Below, in pieces: positions 47,106-56,739 of a DNA stretch of 64,000 nucleotides (its first letter is position 1; each line of letters opens with the position of its first letter). A program made the position numbers and the translations under genes. This DNA is from a virus (Duplodnaviria > Caudoviricetes), in IMG/VR virus record IMGVR_UViG_3300017700_000931, positions 192,001 to 256,000 of that record, one strand, 5' to 3'. The notes beneath the pieces were generated by a model. The model did no database searches. It was not told the DNA's origin and was given only the letters and a program-made list of their open reading frames with translations.

Positions 47106-47443
47106 GCAATAGGTGTGTTTTTTGACAGAGTACCAGTCTTATCTAAATTACCTTTAAACCAATCAGTAATAACTTGCTTAACAAAAGTCGCACCAAGTTT
47201 ATACTTATACATCATGTAATCAAATAAAGACTTTGGAGTCATTAACTCTTGATTGACCTTATTGAGCACCATAGGTTGTTCATGAAACTCACCACCCTTT
47301 TTATAGGTTCCTTTTGATGGTTCATAATTCAAATCCAAATCTGCCGCAATACGTCTAACTAATATCTCATGATTATTTGATTCATAGATATAGTCCCTCA
47401 GCACCAATAGCTGACTTTCCGATATTAATACTCTTTTTGCCAT
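47102..47443 (-). CDS. Hypothetical late protein
   Basis: MAKRVLISESQL leader; late motif 3 nt upstream of ATG. Confidence 0.6.
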   Translation of the reverse strand: MAKRVLISESQLLVLRDYIYESNNHEILVRRIAADLDLNYEPSKGTYKKGGEFHEQPMVLNKVNQELMTPKSLFDYMMYKYKLGATFVKQVITDWFKGNLDKTGTLSKNTPIA

Positions 47444-47486
47444 ACTAATAAATATTTGGCAAATATGAAATATAGTCCTAGTGGGA

Positions 47487-47795
47487 CTACTTTAAAGCAT
47501 TAATTTTATTTTGGTAAGCTGATTTTGGGTTGGCCCCCAATAATCTATCAACCACAACACCATTTTTTATAAAAAGAATCGCCGGAATACTTCTAATACC
47601 GTAGTTAGTAGCACTAACCGGATTCTCATCCACGTTTATTTTACCAACCATAATATCTGGGTTGTCATTTGCTAGTTCATCAATCACCGGACCTACCATT
47701 CGACAAGGTCCACACCAAGCCGCCCAAAAATCAATTACTACTAATTCTGAATTTAAAACCTCACCAATATTTGAATCTGTTATCTCTAAAGCCAT
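47487..47795 (-). CDS. trxA: Thioredoxin
   Basis: IDFWAAWCGPCRM, GIRSIP; start MALEIT at 47795. Confidence 0.95.
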   Translation of the reverse strand: MALEITDSNIGEVLNSELVVIDFWAAWCGPCRMVGPVIDELANDNPDIMVGKINVDENPVSATNYGIRSIPAILFIKNGVVVDRLLGANPKSAYQNKINALK

Positions 47796-47855
47796 TTCAC
47801 ATTTTTTTATCATTCGTTATATTATACAAATATATCTATTTATTATTAAAAATCA

Positions 47856-48128
47856 ATGTCTAAAACAACATTTATTTGGCGATATTTCTTTACGAAAATT
47901 ATTACCCAGTCACACCCAGCAGTGTATCAGTACATTAAGGGTGGTGTTAGGAGTAAGGAAACTGCTATTAGTAGAGTTACAGAAGAAATGTATGATTGGT
48001 GTAACCCCTATTGGTTAGATGATGAAGATATTGACATCATTTTTATCCGAGGGATATCCAGACAATACCTAAAAAGTATGGAAGAACAATGGAAAGCTGG
48101 AAAAATTAAGATACGAGAAATATATTAA
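47856..48128 (+). CDS. Hypothetical protein
   Basis: ORF divergent from thioredoxin. Confidence 0.45.
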   Translation: MSKTTFIWRYFFTKIITQSHPAVYQYIKGGVRSKETAISRVTEEMYDWCNPYWLDDEDIDIIFIRGISRQYLKSMEEQWKAGKIKIREIY

Positions 48129-48423
48129 ACTGATTTCTTATTTGATTAATCGGGTCATAATAAATTTCCCACTTCTTTTCTTTAAAATACTTGGCAACAT
48201 ACATTGCCGCCTCTCTCGGAGGTAAGCCCATAATTTCAGACAATTCTAAAACTATCGGCGTAAGGTATTGTTCAATAGCATTGAAATTTTTTGCTTGAAT
48301 ACTATTAAATATGAATTCACCAAACAACCGATATGTGGTGAATTGAGTTTTTTTCTTACTAATGACAATAGAGGCATCAGTAATTACCAAATGAATATGA
48401 TGTTCAAACAATTTTTTGCTCAT
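48106..48423 (-). CDS. Hypothetical protein
   Basis: TTTG-N20-TAAATTTG promoter ends 4 nt before ATG. Confidence 0.55.
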   Translation of the reverse strand: MSKKLFEHHIHLVITDASIVISKKKTQFTTYRLFGEFIFNSIQAKNFNAIEQYLTPIVLELSEIMGLPPREAAMYVAKYFKEKKWEIYYDPINQIRNQFNIFLVS

Positions 48424-48575
48424 TATGCAAATTTAGGCTTTTTAGATGACATCCGCAAATATTTATTACTAAATTTAATATAATGGATGAAATAGAAGAT
48501 TGGGGAGATTTTGGTGACCATAGTATCACCTCGTTTTGACTTGACTAGTCAAAATATTTTTAGTAGATTTAATCT

Positions 48576-49109
48576 ATGAAAAAAACTATTGATAAAAAAC
48601 TTGAGAAAATTATAATTAAGACAATCAAGACCCAATACATCGTAAATGATTCCAAAGAATTAATATCTATTGATGATAACCTAATTAATTCACCCAAAAA
48701 TCTATCTGATTTTATTATTGAAATGTTTGATATTCGAAATGACTTGGCTGATTTAATTACGTACAATTGGCTATTCAAAAATGGTTATGAAAATATCCTA
48801 GCTAGTTGGGACGTAATATTCTTACAGTATCGTGATTATGACCCATACGTACCCGGAGGATATGGAATTCATATAACCAGCTCTGCCTCAACAACCACTA
48901 GTGATTTATTCATATCTACTGATGTAATTAGACCGAGTTTCGACTATTCAAGTCTACCAACATTACAAGTGGATGATTGTTCCTTTTCTGCATCATCTAG
49001 TGTAAACTATATTATTGGGTGTGATACAGCCGCCGCATCACCATTAGTATCGTACTCAACTGTAACCCTTCGACAACTGAATGGTACTAACACACTTGAA
49101 TACACATAA
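48576..49109 (+). CDS. Hypothetical protein
   Basis: TTG-N20-TAGATTTA ends 4 nt before ATG. Confidence 0.5.
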   Translation: MKKTIDKKLEKIIIKTIKTQYIVNDSKELISIDDNLINSPKNLSDFIIEMFDIRNDLADLITYNWLFKNGYENILASWDVIFLQYRDYDPYVPGGYGIHITSSASTTTSDLFISTDVIRPSFDYSSLPTLQVDDCSFSASSSVNYIIGCDTAAASPLVSYSTVTLRQLNGTNTLEYT

Positions 49110-49141
49110 GGCTTTATTTTAGCTCACTTCATAATATATTT

Positions 49142-49420
49142 ATGAAGATGAAAGAACTAGACCAATACTCACAAGACATTATGCTGAAATTTCTTCAGGC
49201 ATACTTTCCAGTGAAAAAATTGAAAGATGGTAGACGATTTAAACGTGGTATAATTATTGAGCCCGGATTCTCGGTTGGCCCAACTAGAAAAATATACCTT
49301 AAACCACAAAGTGAATTACATGCTTTATTTGTAATTCTCTATTCTATTCTAGAGGATGTTTTTGATTTTTCAAAACTAGAAATCAATATGGTACTCCTTA
49401 AGTACCTTAATGTTATTTAA
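49142..49420 (+). CDS. Hypothetical protein
   Basis: YFPVKKLK..RFKRGIII motif. Confidence 0.55.
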   Translation: MKMKELDQYSQDIMLKFLQAYFPVKKLKDGRRFKRGIIIEPGFSVGPTRKIYLKPQSELHALFVILYSILEDVFDFSKLEINMVLLKYLNVI

Positions 49421-49512
49421 TTTTTCTTAGGGAATCTTCTTCCCAATTTGAATCCAACAATAAACACAGCTATTAAAGCAATGATTGTTATAATGTTTCC
49501 GAATATTAACAT
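49417..49512 (-). CDS. Small single-TM peptide (31 aa; not in ORF track)
   Basis: MLIFGNIITIIALIAVFIVGFKLGRRFPKKN, starts 3 nt after upstream stop. Confidence 0.5.
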   Translation of the reverse strand: MLIFGNIITIIALIAVFIVGFKLGRRFPKKN

Positions 49513-49515
49513 AAT

Positions 49516-49776
49516 TTATCTTTTGTTTTTTTTCTTTAAAAATTCCATGTATTGAGTGGTGGACATACCAGCGGCTTCAGCTTCTTTCTCAATTTTATTA
49601 ATCGTAGCTAATTTCAATCCAAAATAAAGTATGAAAAATAAATAAATAAAAAACCACCCATCATGTAATATGAATAATGAACGACATAGTTGAACTAGTA
49701 AGCCAATACTAACAATATGTAAGAACCATTTATATATTTTAACCCCGTTTTCTTTGGCCGCAGTATCTTTATCCAT
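49516..49776 (-). CDS. Small two-TM membrane protein
   Basis: Two hydrophobic segments, basic C-term. Confidence 0.55.
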   Translation of the reverse strand: MDKDTAAKENGVKIYKWFLHIVSIGLLVQLCRSLFILHDGWFFIYLFFILYFGLKLATINKIEKEAEAAGMSTTQYMEFLKKKNKR

Positions 49777-49784
49777 AGAATAAT

Positions 49785-50333
49785 TTATTGTTTGACAAAG
49801 GTTAACTCAGAAAAGTATTTATAATTAACACCACCAATACTCTCATACGTTTCTTGGACATAAAAGTTAACTGAATTCTCCGAGTAATCAGACAAATAAG
49901 CCGACAGAGGTCTGCTAGACCCACCTAATTGTGTTGGTCCGGTACTCCATTCAACAATACTCATATTAGAAGTGGTTAAATTGAACCCATATGGGTTTAA
50001 ACTATCGTAATTTAGCCAAAATTCACCCATGTTTGGTATATGGTCGGGTGAAATGAAAGACCAAACAGTGCTATCCACGACAATTCTTTCAAATTCAAAC
50101 ATTTGTCCCTCATATCTTAAGCTAGAAACCGTTTTTGTATCATCAAAATGTTCATAAACAGTCTTCTCACCCGTCTCCAAGTTCTCCATGTACATCTTAC
50201 CATCAACTAAAAGCCAATCCCCAAAGACTGAAATGGCTTCAACTGGTGGAATTGGGTCCTCAACTGGTGGTGGCAATTCTTTTTCACATGAAAAAAATAT
50301 AATTGAAACAAATAATAGGATTAAATTTTTCAT
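49785..50333 (-). CDS. Lipoprotein (Bacteroidota-type signal peptide)
   Basis: MKNLILLFVSIIFFS-C-EKE lipobox. Confidence 0.7.
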   Translation of the reverse strand: MKNLILLFVSIIFFSCEKELPPPVEDPIPPVEAISVFGDWLLVDGKMYMENLETGEKTVYEHFDDTKTVSSLRYEGQMFEFERIVVDSTVWSFISPDHIPNMGEFWLNYDSLNPYGFNLTTSNMSIVEWSTGPTQLGGSSRPLSAYLSDYSENSVNFYVQETYESIGGVNYKYFSELTFVKQ

Positions 50334-50363
50334 AATTATAGGTTTTAATGATTAATGATATGC

Positions 50364-50395
50364 CAAAGATAAGCATAATTATTTAATCTACCAAA
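50364..50395 (-). promoter_or_regulatory. Bacteroidota-type promoter
   Basis: TTTGGTAGATT..N20 spacer..TATCTTTG. Confidence 0.7.
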
Positions 50396-50396
50396 T

Positions 50397-50561
50397 TTAA
50401 TTGTGAATATTTTTATTTCTGGGTATTCTAACGCTATGAATAAAGTTATTACAAGCTAACTTAGTACCAGTAAATAGAACATCATCAGTAACCAAAACTT
50501 CAGATGGTGTTTTGGTTGTCATGAAACCATAATTTGTAATAACGACTTTGTAATCTTCCAT
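50397..50561 (-). CDS. Small hypothetical protein (54 aa; not in ORF track)
   Basis: MEDYKVVITNYGFMTTKTPSEVLV..; promoter TATCTTTG at 50570-50577. Confidence 0.45.
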   Translation of the reverse strand: MEDYKVVITNYGFMTTKTPSEVLVTDDVLFTGTKLACNNFIHSVRIPRNKNIHN

Positions 50562-50593
50562 AAATAATGCAAAGATACAAATATTTTAATAAT

Positions 50594-51031
50594 TTACAAG
50601 TCGATTTTTTTAATATCCTTAAAATTATTATCAATATTAGCCTCAGCAAATTTGTTTAATTCCTCGATAAGGTCTTCTAAAACATCAATTTTATGGTATA
50701 CAACTTCTTGGAAGATATCATCGCACTTCGTATCAGCTTCCTCCCATTTAGTTTCAAACTCTTCATCTGGTAATCCCTTAAAAAAAGATTCTACTTTGTT
50801 TTTATGAGTGTACATTACGGTTCTCAATTGCTCTAGCTTACGAAGCATAATACTTAAATCACTATTACCATCTATGATTTCAGCTAATGTAGTAAAGGTC
50901 AATTGGCTATACATTCTATTAACCACTTCCTTTGTTTCATCACCCTTTGTTATAAAGGTATCAATAATTTCACGACCCTCAGTAATGAGCCTAGCTTTAT
51001 TTAATTGTGATTCCCTTAATTTGACTTTCAT
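50594..51031 (-). CDS. Hypothetical late protein
   Basis: MKVKLRESQLNKARLITE leader; late motif 3 nt upstream. Confidence 0.6.
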   Translation of the reverse strand: MKVKLRESQLNKARLITEGREIIDTFITKGDETKEVVNRMYSQLTFTTLAEIIDGNSDLSIMLRKLEQLRTVMYTHKNKVESFFKGLPDEEFETKWEEADTKCDDIFQEVVYHKIDVLEDLIEELNKFAEANIDNNFKDIKKIDL

Positions 51032-51077
51032 AGTAATAAATATCTGTACTTTTTATAAAAATAACCTATATTTAATC

Positions 51078-51557
51078 ATGGCAAACTACGATTTTACCAA
51101 AGATATACATACTGGCGAAGCCGGAGAGAAAATTGTTGTAATGGACCTAGAAACGCTTGGTCTTAAATTATTATCAGATAATAAAACCAATACCTATGAT
51201 TTATTAATGGATAAAGATGGTAGAGAAATTACCTATGAGGTCAAAACCGATGTACTAATTAGACCAGAAAGTGATACTGGAAATATGTTCATAGAATTTG
51301 AATCAAGATATAATCCATCTGGTATCAGCACATCAAAAGCAGAATGGTTTGTAACCTTCTTCCAACATCTAAGAGAAATCTGGTACATCCGAACCACGGA
51401 CCTTATCCAATTATTGGCCGAAATTGAATGTCCTATTACCGAATCAGCTGGTGACATAGATAGTAATACCAAGGGATATTTATTGAATAGATACAAATAC
51501 CAAAATAAATTTATAGTAAGACGAGTACCAAAATCATGGCTAAACCCCCAAAATTAA
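51078..51557 (+). CDS. PD-(D/E)xK nuclease-like protein
   Basis: YDLL..TYEVKTD..TGNMFIEF..SGISTSKA; start MANYD at 51078. Confidence 0.6.
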   Translation: MANYDFTKDIHTGEAGEKIVVMDLETLGLKLLSDNKTNTYDLLMDKDGREITYEVKTDVLIRPESDTGNMFIEFESRYNPSGISTSKAEWFVTFFQHLREIWYIRTTDLIQLLAEIECPITESAGDIDSNTKGYLLNRYKYQNKFIVRRVPKSWLNPQN

Positions 51558-52012
51558 CAATCGAATTAGTTCCATCAACATGTTGGTTCTCTAATGTAAG
51601 GAGCCAACTTCCAACGAAAGAATGGGATAGGCTTAGAAAAGAATCATATGCTAAGGCAAATCATAAATGTGAAATTTGTAATGGCTCCGGCTTAGAACAA
51701 GGCTATAAGCATCCGGTGGAGTGTCACGAAATATGGTCCTATGATGATGAAAAGAAAATTCAAAAACTTGAGGGTCTAATTTCATTATGCCCACAATGTC
51801 ACCAAGTGAAACATATTGGAAGAACTACTATTATCGGAAAACAACCAGAAGCATTTAAGCAATTAGAAGACGTTAACGGATGGAACCATAAAGAAGTGGT
51901 TGAATATGTTGCTGAGTCTTTTTTATTACACAGATGGCGTTCCAATTTTGATTGGACCCTAGACATTGGGATTCTAACCGAATCTTATGGCGTGGATAAA
52001 AAATTCTTGTAA
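51536..52012 (+). CDS. HNH endonuclease-like protein
   Basis: CEIC..VECHEIW..LISLCPQCHQVKHIG. Confidence 0.75.
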   Translation: MAKPPKLTIELVPSTCWFSNVRSQLPTKEWDRLRKESYAKANHKCEICNGSGLEQGYKHPVECHEIWSYDDEKKIQKLEGLISLCPQCHQVKHIGRTTIIGKQPEAFKQLEDVNGWNHKEVVEYVAESFLLHRWRSNFDWTLDIGILTESYGVDKKFL

Positions 52013-52158
52013 TCAATTTTTCTTTTGAAGTAACGATTGTATTTGTTCATCCTTAGATAAATTGAACATTATTTCAGCCTCGTTATCTGTTATTGCAGCT
52101 TCATCGAGTTCCATTAACAAAACATACAACTTACGTTTTGCTTCTAAAATCTCTTCTT

Positions 52159-52371
52159 TCACGTTAATGCTTTTAATGGTTTGTGCTCACCAGTTAAATT
52201 GTTTACACTGCCATTATCAGTTATGCTAACATAAGTACTCCGGTCATACGTAAAACTAGGATTAACTGTGAATAACGCCGATTGATTTGTGTTCAACCAT
52301 TTCTTATACAAGAGATGGCCGTTCATCCAAACATAAACTTCCTTACCAATTATTTCTGAATGTGCTGCCAT
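52159..52371 (-). CDS. Hypothetical protein
   Basis: Coupled ORF. Confidence 0.5.
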   Translation of the reverse strand: MAAHSEIIGKEVYVWMNGHLLYKKWLNTNQSALFTVNPSFTYDRSTYVSITDNGSVNNLTGEHKPLKALT

Positions 52372-52775
52372 TATTCTTCCTCCTCTTTATCGTTATAATA
52401 ATTACCATACTTTTCTGGATAGTTATCCATCATGCTTTTAATAATACCCTCGAACTTAACTAAGGTCTCATAATCCAACGCAGAAATCGCATTGTGTGAC
52501 CTTAAATCAATCAAAGATATCATAGGGCCAGTATTGGTTTCTTTCTGATTCCTACGTTTAACAGAAATCATCTCTTTTTTTGGTGGTTCAACATTTGGAA
52601 CCACTCCGGCTAATTGACCATATAATTCACTAATAGGAATTGAAACAATACCAGTTTTCATTCCTTTAAGTTTCATAGAGACACCCTGACTTTCAGTCAT
52701 TGTAATAATGATTTCTCTATCGTTAACCTTAATACTTGATTCCCTAGTAATGTCTTTCTCTAATTTAGTCGCCAT
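52371..52775 (-). CDS. Hypothetical protein
   Basis: Coupled ORF. Confidence 0.55.
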   Translation of the reverse strand: MATKLEKDITRESSIKVNDREIIITMTESQGVSMKLKGMKTGIVSIPISELYGQLAGVVPNVEPPKKEMISVKRRNQKETNTGPMISLIDLRSHNAISALDYETLVKFEGIIKSMMDNYPEKYGNYYNDKEEEE

Positions 52776-52778
52776 AGT

Positions 52779-53387
52779 TTAAGCTCTAAGTTTAGTTAGT
52801 AGTTCATCAAATATTGGGTAGTAATCCCTTGTGTCAAAATCATCTGGGTCAATCGCTTTGAATTTAAAATACAATTCATTACATGCACCAAAATCTACAA
52901 TCTTTTGATGTTTCTTTAATTGTAATCCGAATTCTAGAATCCTCAATGCATGGAACATACCTTTCTTGGCTCTATCCGCATAACCACTCTTAGCTTGTTG
53001 GTCAGCAATGTGACGACTGGCAGAAGCTTTCTGAATAATCTTTTTCACCATTTGTTTTTCATCCCAGCTACCAATCTTAAATGGCCATTTTTTCAAGATG
53101 ACATCATCCGGTGCTAATGAAAGACACTCTAAAGCACCAATCTCATAATTGTTGATTGCGTCAATGAATCCACCTCTAGAATAAACCACGCCTTGAATTT
53201 TCCAATCCTTACTGGTGATAGCGTTGTTTTTAAATGCTCCACTATCAAGCATGGCATTCTTCATTACAATAATATAATCGTAATCAGACTTTTCATCGGC
53301 GGTTCCGTAAACACGGCTACCGTAAGGGAAGATACCAATTACCTCACCTTCAATTCCTAACTCACTTAATATTTTTTCTGTGTTCAT
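52779..53387 (-). CDS. DNA-polymerase-beta-like nucleotidyltransferase
   Basis: YGSRVYG...SDYDY signature; C-terminal KGMFHALRIL helix. Confidence 0.75.
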   Translation of the reverse strand: MNTEKILSELGIEGEVIGIFPYGSRVYGTADEKSDYDYIIVMKNAMLDSGAFKNNAITSKDWKIQGVVYSRGGFIDAINNYEIGALECLSLAPDDVILKKWPFKIGSWDEKQMVKKIIQKASASRHIADQQAKSGYADRAKKGMFHALRILEFGLQLKKHQKIVDFGACNELYFKFKAIDPDDFDTRDYYPIFDELLTKLRA

Positions 53388-54237
53388 CAGTATAAGATTT
53401 TATTATGTCATAAGATATCCCAGTCCCCTCAACTACTTTATCATCAATTATATCCAAAGCAGCTAATTTATCTTCTTTGGTTTCTAAACGGGATAAAATA
53501 TTTCTTATTCTAGTATTGATGATAATATCTTTTTCTGTCTCACTATCTTCTTCTCGTTTTCTTTTTAATTCACCAAGACTCATTAGGAAAAATAGAACAG
53601 AGATTATCATCCCAGTAATACTCCAAAATGTAATTGACCACCAAAATAAAGCAACGCAAAATATTTGTGTCACAATGATTGAGATTTGAAATCCCTTCTT
53701 AATATTAAAATGTTCAAACATGTGTCTTAAAAATAAACCACCATCCATTGGATAGATAGGCAAGAGATTAAAAACGAACATCAATGCATTCATCACTAAT
53801 CCGGTTAACACAAGATTCTGGCCAACACTCATATTTTCCAAAGCCTTTATTGAACCACCTTCAAAATCTTGAAAAGCAAAGAACCCAAGACCGATGAATA
53901 AAATAAACATTATCAAATTAGTGAGCGGCCCAGCAAAAGCAATCCACATGATTTGTTTTGGTTTTAGTTTTTCCATATCACCATCAACCAATGCAACCCC
54001 ACCGAGAAAAGATAATACAACCGTTGGTGTATTCACACCATATTTCCTAGCTGCAAAGATGTGGCCGAATTCATGAACCAATACAAAGGCATAAATCATT
54101 AAGATTGTAAGTGAACTTAACAACATCTTAGATACCGGACCAGTGAAATCAATCACAAATAAAAAGACCAATAACAATGACCAATGTATTTTTACATCAA
54201 CCGAAAACAAATTAAATAATTTAAAACTCTTTAGCAT
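53362..54237 (-). CDS. Site-2 protease (M50 family intramembrane zinc metalloprotease)
   Basis: HEFGH, FLGGVA, IAFAGPLTN, FNLLPIYPMDGG, multiple TM helices. Confidence 0.92.
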   Translation of the reverse strand: MLKSFKLFNLFSVDVKIHWSLLLVFLFVIDFTGPVSKMLLSSLTILMIYAFVLVHEFGHIFAARKYGVNTPTVVLSFLGGVALVDGDMEKLKPKQIMWIAFAGPLTNLIMFILFIGLGFFAFQDFEGGSIKALENMSVGQNLVLTGLVMNALMFVFNLLPIYPMDGGLFLRHMFEHFNIKKGFQISIIVTQIFCVALFWWSITFWSITGMIISVLFFLMSLGELKRKREEDSETEKDIIINTRIRNILSRLETKEDKLAALDIIDDKVVEGTGISYDIIKSYTDEHRKNIK

Positions 54238-54246
54238 AATTTTTTT

Positions 54247-54540
54247 TTAAAAGGGTAAATCGTTGTTTATATAACCATAACCCAATATCGAGTCATCCGG
54301 TTTCACATAATCTGGGTTATCAATCTTATCTACTACGATGGTATTATTTATCGGGTAGAAAGAAATCGCATCATATGGTTCATACCTATTAAGTGGGGGC
54401 TCATTTTCCACTGAAAATACATATGCAATACCATTAATTTGCATGATATCAGCAAATACTTCCTTCTGAATCACTGATAAACCACATAAAATCTCTAATT
54501 TAAAGATAAATCTAGGGTGTCTAACCTCATTTTTCTTCAT
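54247..54540 (-). CDS. Hypothetical protein
   Basis: Coupled ORF. Confidence 0.5.
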   Translation of the reverse strand: MKKNEVRHPRFIFKLEILCGLSVIQKEVFADIMQINGIAYVFSVENEPPLNRYEPYDAISFYPINNTIVVDKIDNPDYVKPDDSILGYGYINNDLPF

Positions 54541-54844
54541 TTTTAATCGTTAATAACTCTTTTTCGTTATTTTTTACCACCTCAGAGTACTTATCGTGGT
54601 ACATATTCTCCCCATTTACACGCTTCATGAACTTAATTCGAGCATAAAAAGCTGAAAATACGAAGAAAATGATGTTTGTTAGGAACAATTTCCCTACAAT
54701 ATCTGGAAAATCAAGCCAAATTCCCAAAATTAATGTCCCAAAAAAGCTAAAAAAGCAAATACTGACCGCTTTATTGACCATATGGTCGATAAAAGTGAAG
54801 TTTCGCTTGTCCAATTTCCTGTTATTATACCTATATTCACCCAT
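54527..54844 (-). CDS. Two-TM membrane protein
   Basis: Two hydrophobic segments. Confidence 0.55.
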   Translation of the reverse strand: MGEYRYNNRKLDKRNFTFIDHMVNKAVSICFFSFFGTLILGIWLDFPDIVGKLFLTNIIFFVFSAFYARIKFMKRVNGENMYHDKYSEVVKNNEKELLTIKNEEK

Positions 54845-54845
54845 A

Positions 54846-54967
54846 TTTTATGTGTTAAATTGACTCAAAATCAACGATTTAAGCCTTATTTTATGCTAAA
54901 AACACCCCTTTTTGACCATTTTTAGGCCCAAAAACAGCATTTTTACCCCTTTTTATCCAGTTTTTTC
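54846..54967. other. Helically phased A/T-tract array (bent DNA candidate)
   Basis: 12 tracts starting at about 54846, 54857, 54867, 54877, 54888, 54898, 54909, 54918, 54930, 54939, 54950, 54961. Confidence 0.6.
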
Positions 54968-55692
54968 TGGTATTTACCCTGTACTACCTCTATAACAAGC
55001 ATAATAAAGATGATAAAGTAGAAAGTAGTACTACTCATAGGGGTAATATGCTCCCCAAATAGCTCCATATGGGCCAAATGACCCCCTTCTGTCACCAACA
55101 TTATACCCACTACAAACAAAACAAACAGTCCTAATACCTCATACATCCGGTTTCTATTGATAAAATCTGATACCCTATTAGACATCCATATCATTATTAC
55201 ACCAGAAACGACCACAGCTGCCGCCATTAATACAAACGAATCACTTAATGCTATTGCCGCTAACGTACTATCGAAGGAAAACACTAGATTCATCAATAAA
55301 ATCATTACGATTATCTTAAATGTGGATGATTTTTTCTTGGTTTCTTCCCCATGGTCCTCTTTAAGCATATGAATGATTTCTTTCATGGCCGTATAGATGA
55401 TGAAAATCCCACCCAATAATACGATTAGACTATGAACATTAAATTCACCACCAATAACAAAGTTACAAACTTCAAATAATGGCTCCTGAAAATCCTTAAT
55501 CAAATGAACTAACAAAAATAATAATACAACCCTGAGCACTATCGCCAAACCAAGAGCCCAACGTCTAACCATGACCTCCTTATCCTTGGGTGCTCTTTTA
55601 GCTTCAATAGAAATGTATAATAGGTTATCAAAACCTAAAACCAATTGCAATAAAACCAGCATCAAAAATGTTAATGTATACTCTGCCCACAT
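54943..55692 (-). CDS. terC: TerC/Alx-family integral membrane protein
   Basis: LQLVLGFDNLLYISI, GLAIVLRVVLL, MNLVFSFDS..AAIALS, LFVLFVVGIMLVTEG. Confidence 0.9.
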   Translation of the reverse strand: MWAEYTLTFLMLVLLQLVLGFDNLLYISIEAKRAPKDKEVMVRRWALGLAIVLRVVLLFLLVHLIKDFQEPLFEVCNFVIGGEFNVHSLIVLLGGIFIIYTAMKEIIHMLKEDHGEETKKKSSTFKIIVMILLMNLVFSFDSTLAAIALSDSFVLMAAAVVVSGVIMIWMSNRVSDFINRNRMYEVLGLFVLFVVGIMLVTEGGHLAHMELFGEHITPMSSTTFYFIIFIMLVIEVVQGKYQKKLDKKG

Positions 55693-55695
55693 AAA

Positions 55696-56109
55696 TTACC
55701 AATCGTATGTAAAACTATTAATATTATTATTCATGAATTCTTCAAAGATTGGTTGATATTCCTTTTTCAACAAATCTATCGCTTCTGGAGAATGTGTAAG
55801 CGTATAACACTCTGGGTCCAGAAATAAACTTAATTGTTCTTCAAATAAATTTTCTAGTTCATATGTTCTATGCCTATCAAATTCAAATCGTTTTTCTTTT
55901 GCCCATTTCGTAAAGTTAGGAAATTTACCACCAATTGATGGTGCATAACCTAAATTCCTACCACCAGAACCATAATACCATGTACTAAACCTAATTGCGA
56001 AATCTGCTGAACTATTAATAATTTCTTTTTGTAGTTCATTCCGCCTTTGTGTTAAAACACTAATTTGCTTATCCACCGAATCAAGTTCAGCCATTAAATT
56101 CTCAATCAT
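55696..56109 (-). CDS. Hypothetical protein
   Basis: Coupled ORF. Confidence 0.5.
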   Translation of the reverse strand: MIENLMAELDSVDKQISVLTQRRNELQKEIINSSADFAIRFSTWYYGSGGRNLGYAPSIGGKFPNFTKWAKEKRFEFDRHRTYELENLFEEQLSLFLDPECYTLTHSPEAIDLLKKEYQPIFEEFMNNNINSFTYDW

Positions 56110-56666
56110 TCTACATCCAAGTTTAAAGTCGCAAAGGTTTTAACCTCATAGTGACTAATGAATTTTGTGAATTCAATTTTTTGCCCACCAACCAATTTAT
56201 AGTTGGGCTTAAAATTAATAACACCTAAGTTAATATTAACTGAACCAATGGTCGCATCATCAGACAACATAATTCCTCTATGAGCCGGAGAACAATGCCA
56301 AGAATAAACAACATATAGTAACATGTATTTAATCACATCAGCAGTATCCTTAGTAGAAGCTGGGTCAACATAAGCCATGTTGAAATATCTCATCAGAAAA
56401 GTCTCGAACCCAATTTTAATGTCATTGGTAGGAGCCAGTGTGTATTCCATCATAACACATTCGTAAGTGTCATTACCAGAATGTAACAATGTATCACCCT
56501 CTAGCATTTTATTTGTGTTGGCCTTAGCAGCAAAATACAAATCATTATCCCAACGTAATGTACTAACACCATTAGCTTTACGGTATGTATTAACATATCC
56601 GAATAGCTCAGAATCTTGTCCGAAAACAATGCTGGTTAAAAATAATATTGGGAATAATAATTTCAT
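56106..56666 (-). CDS. CAP/SCP domain secreted protein
   Basis: Signal peptide MKLLFPILFLTSIVFG; VNTYRKANGV..L.WD..L; WHCSPAHRGIML. Confidence 0.8.
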   Translation of the reverse strand: MKLLFPILFLTSIVFGQDSELFGYVNTYRKANGVSTLRWDNDLYFAAKANTNKMLEGDTLLHSGNDTYECVMMEYTLAPTNDIKIGFETFLMRYFNMAYVDPASTKDTADVIKYMLLYVVYSWHCSPAHRGIMLSDDATIGSVNINLGVINFKPNYKLVGGQKIEFTKFISHYEVKTFATLNLDVE

Positions 56667-56686
56667 AGTGGTTGGTTTCAATACAT

Positions 56687-56718
56687 CAAAGATAAACATA
56701 ATATTTTAATCCACCAAA
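56687..56718 (-). promoter_or_regulatory. Bacteroidota-type promoter
   Basis: TTTGGTGGATT..N20 spacer..TATCTTTG. Confidence 0.7.
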
Positions 56719-56739
56719 TAATTTTGAAACAATTTTTAA

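Noticed and set aside
48483-48539. 18-aa ORF MDEIEDWGDFGDHSITSF behind an ATATTTATT motif
   Set aside because: Too short to support; the motif overlaps the AT-rich spacer of a neighbouring promoter
51536-52012. HNH gene as a mobile homing element
   Set aside because: Not inside an intron or conserved gene and coupled to the upstream nuclease-like ORF; kept as an ordinary CDS
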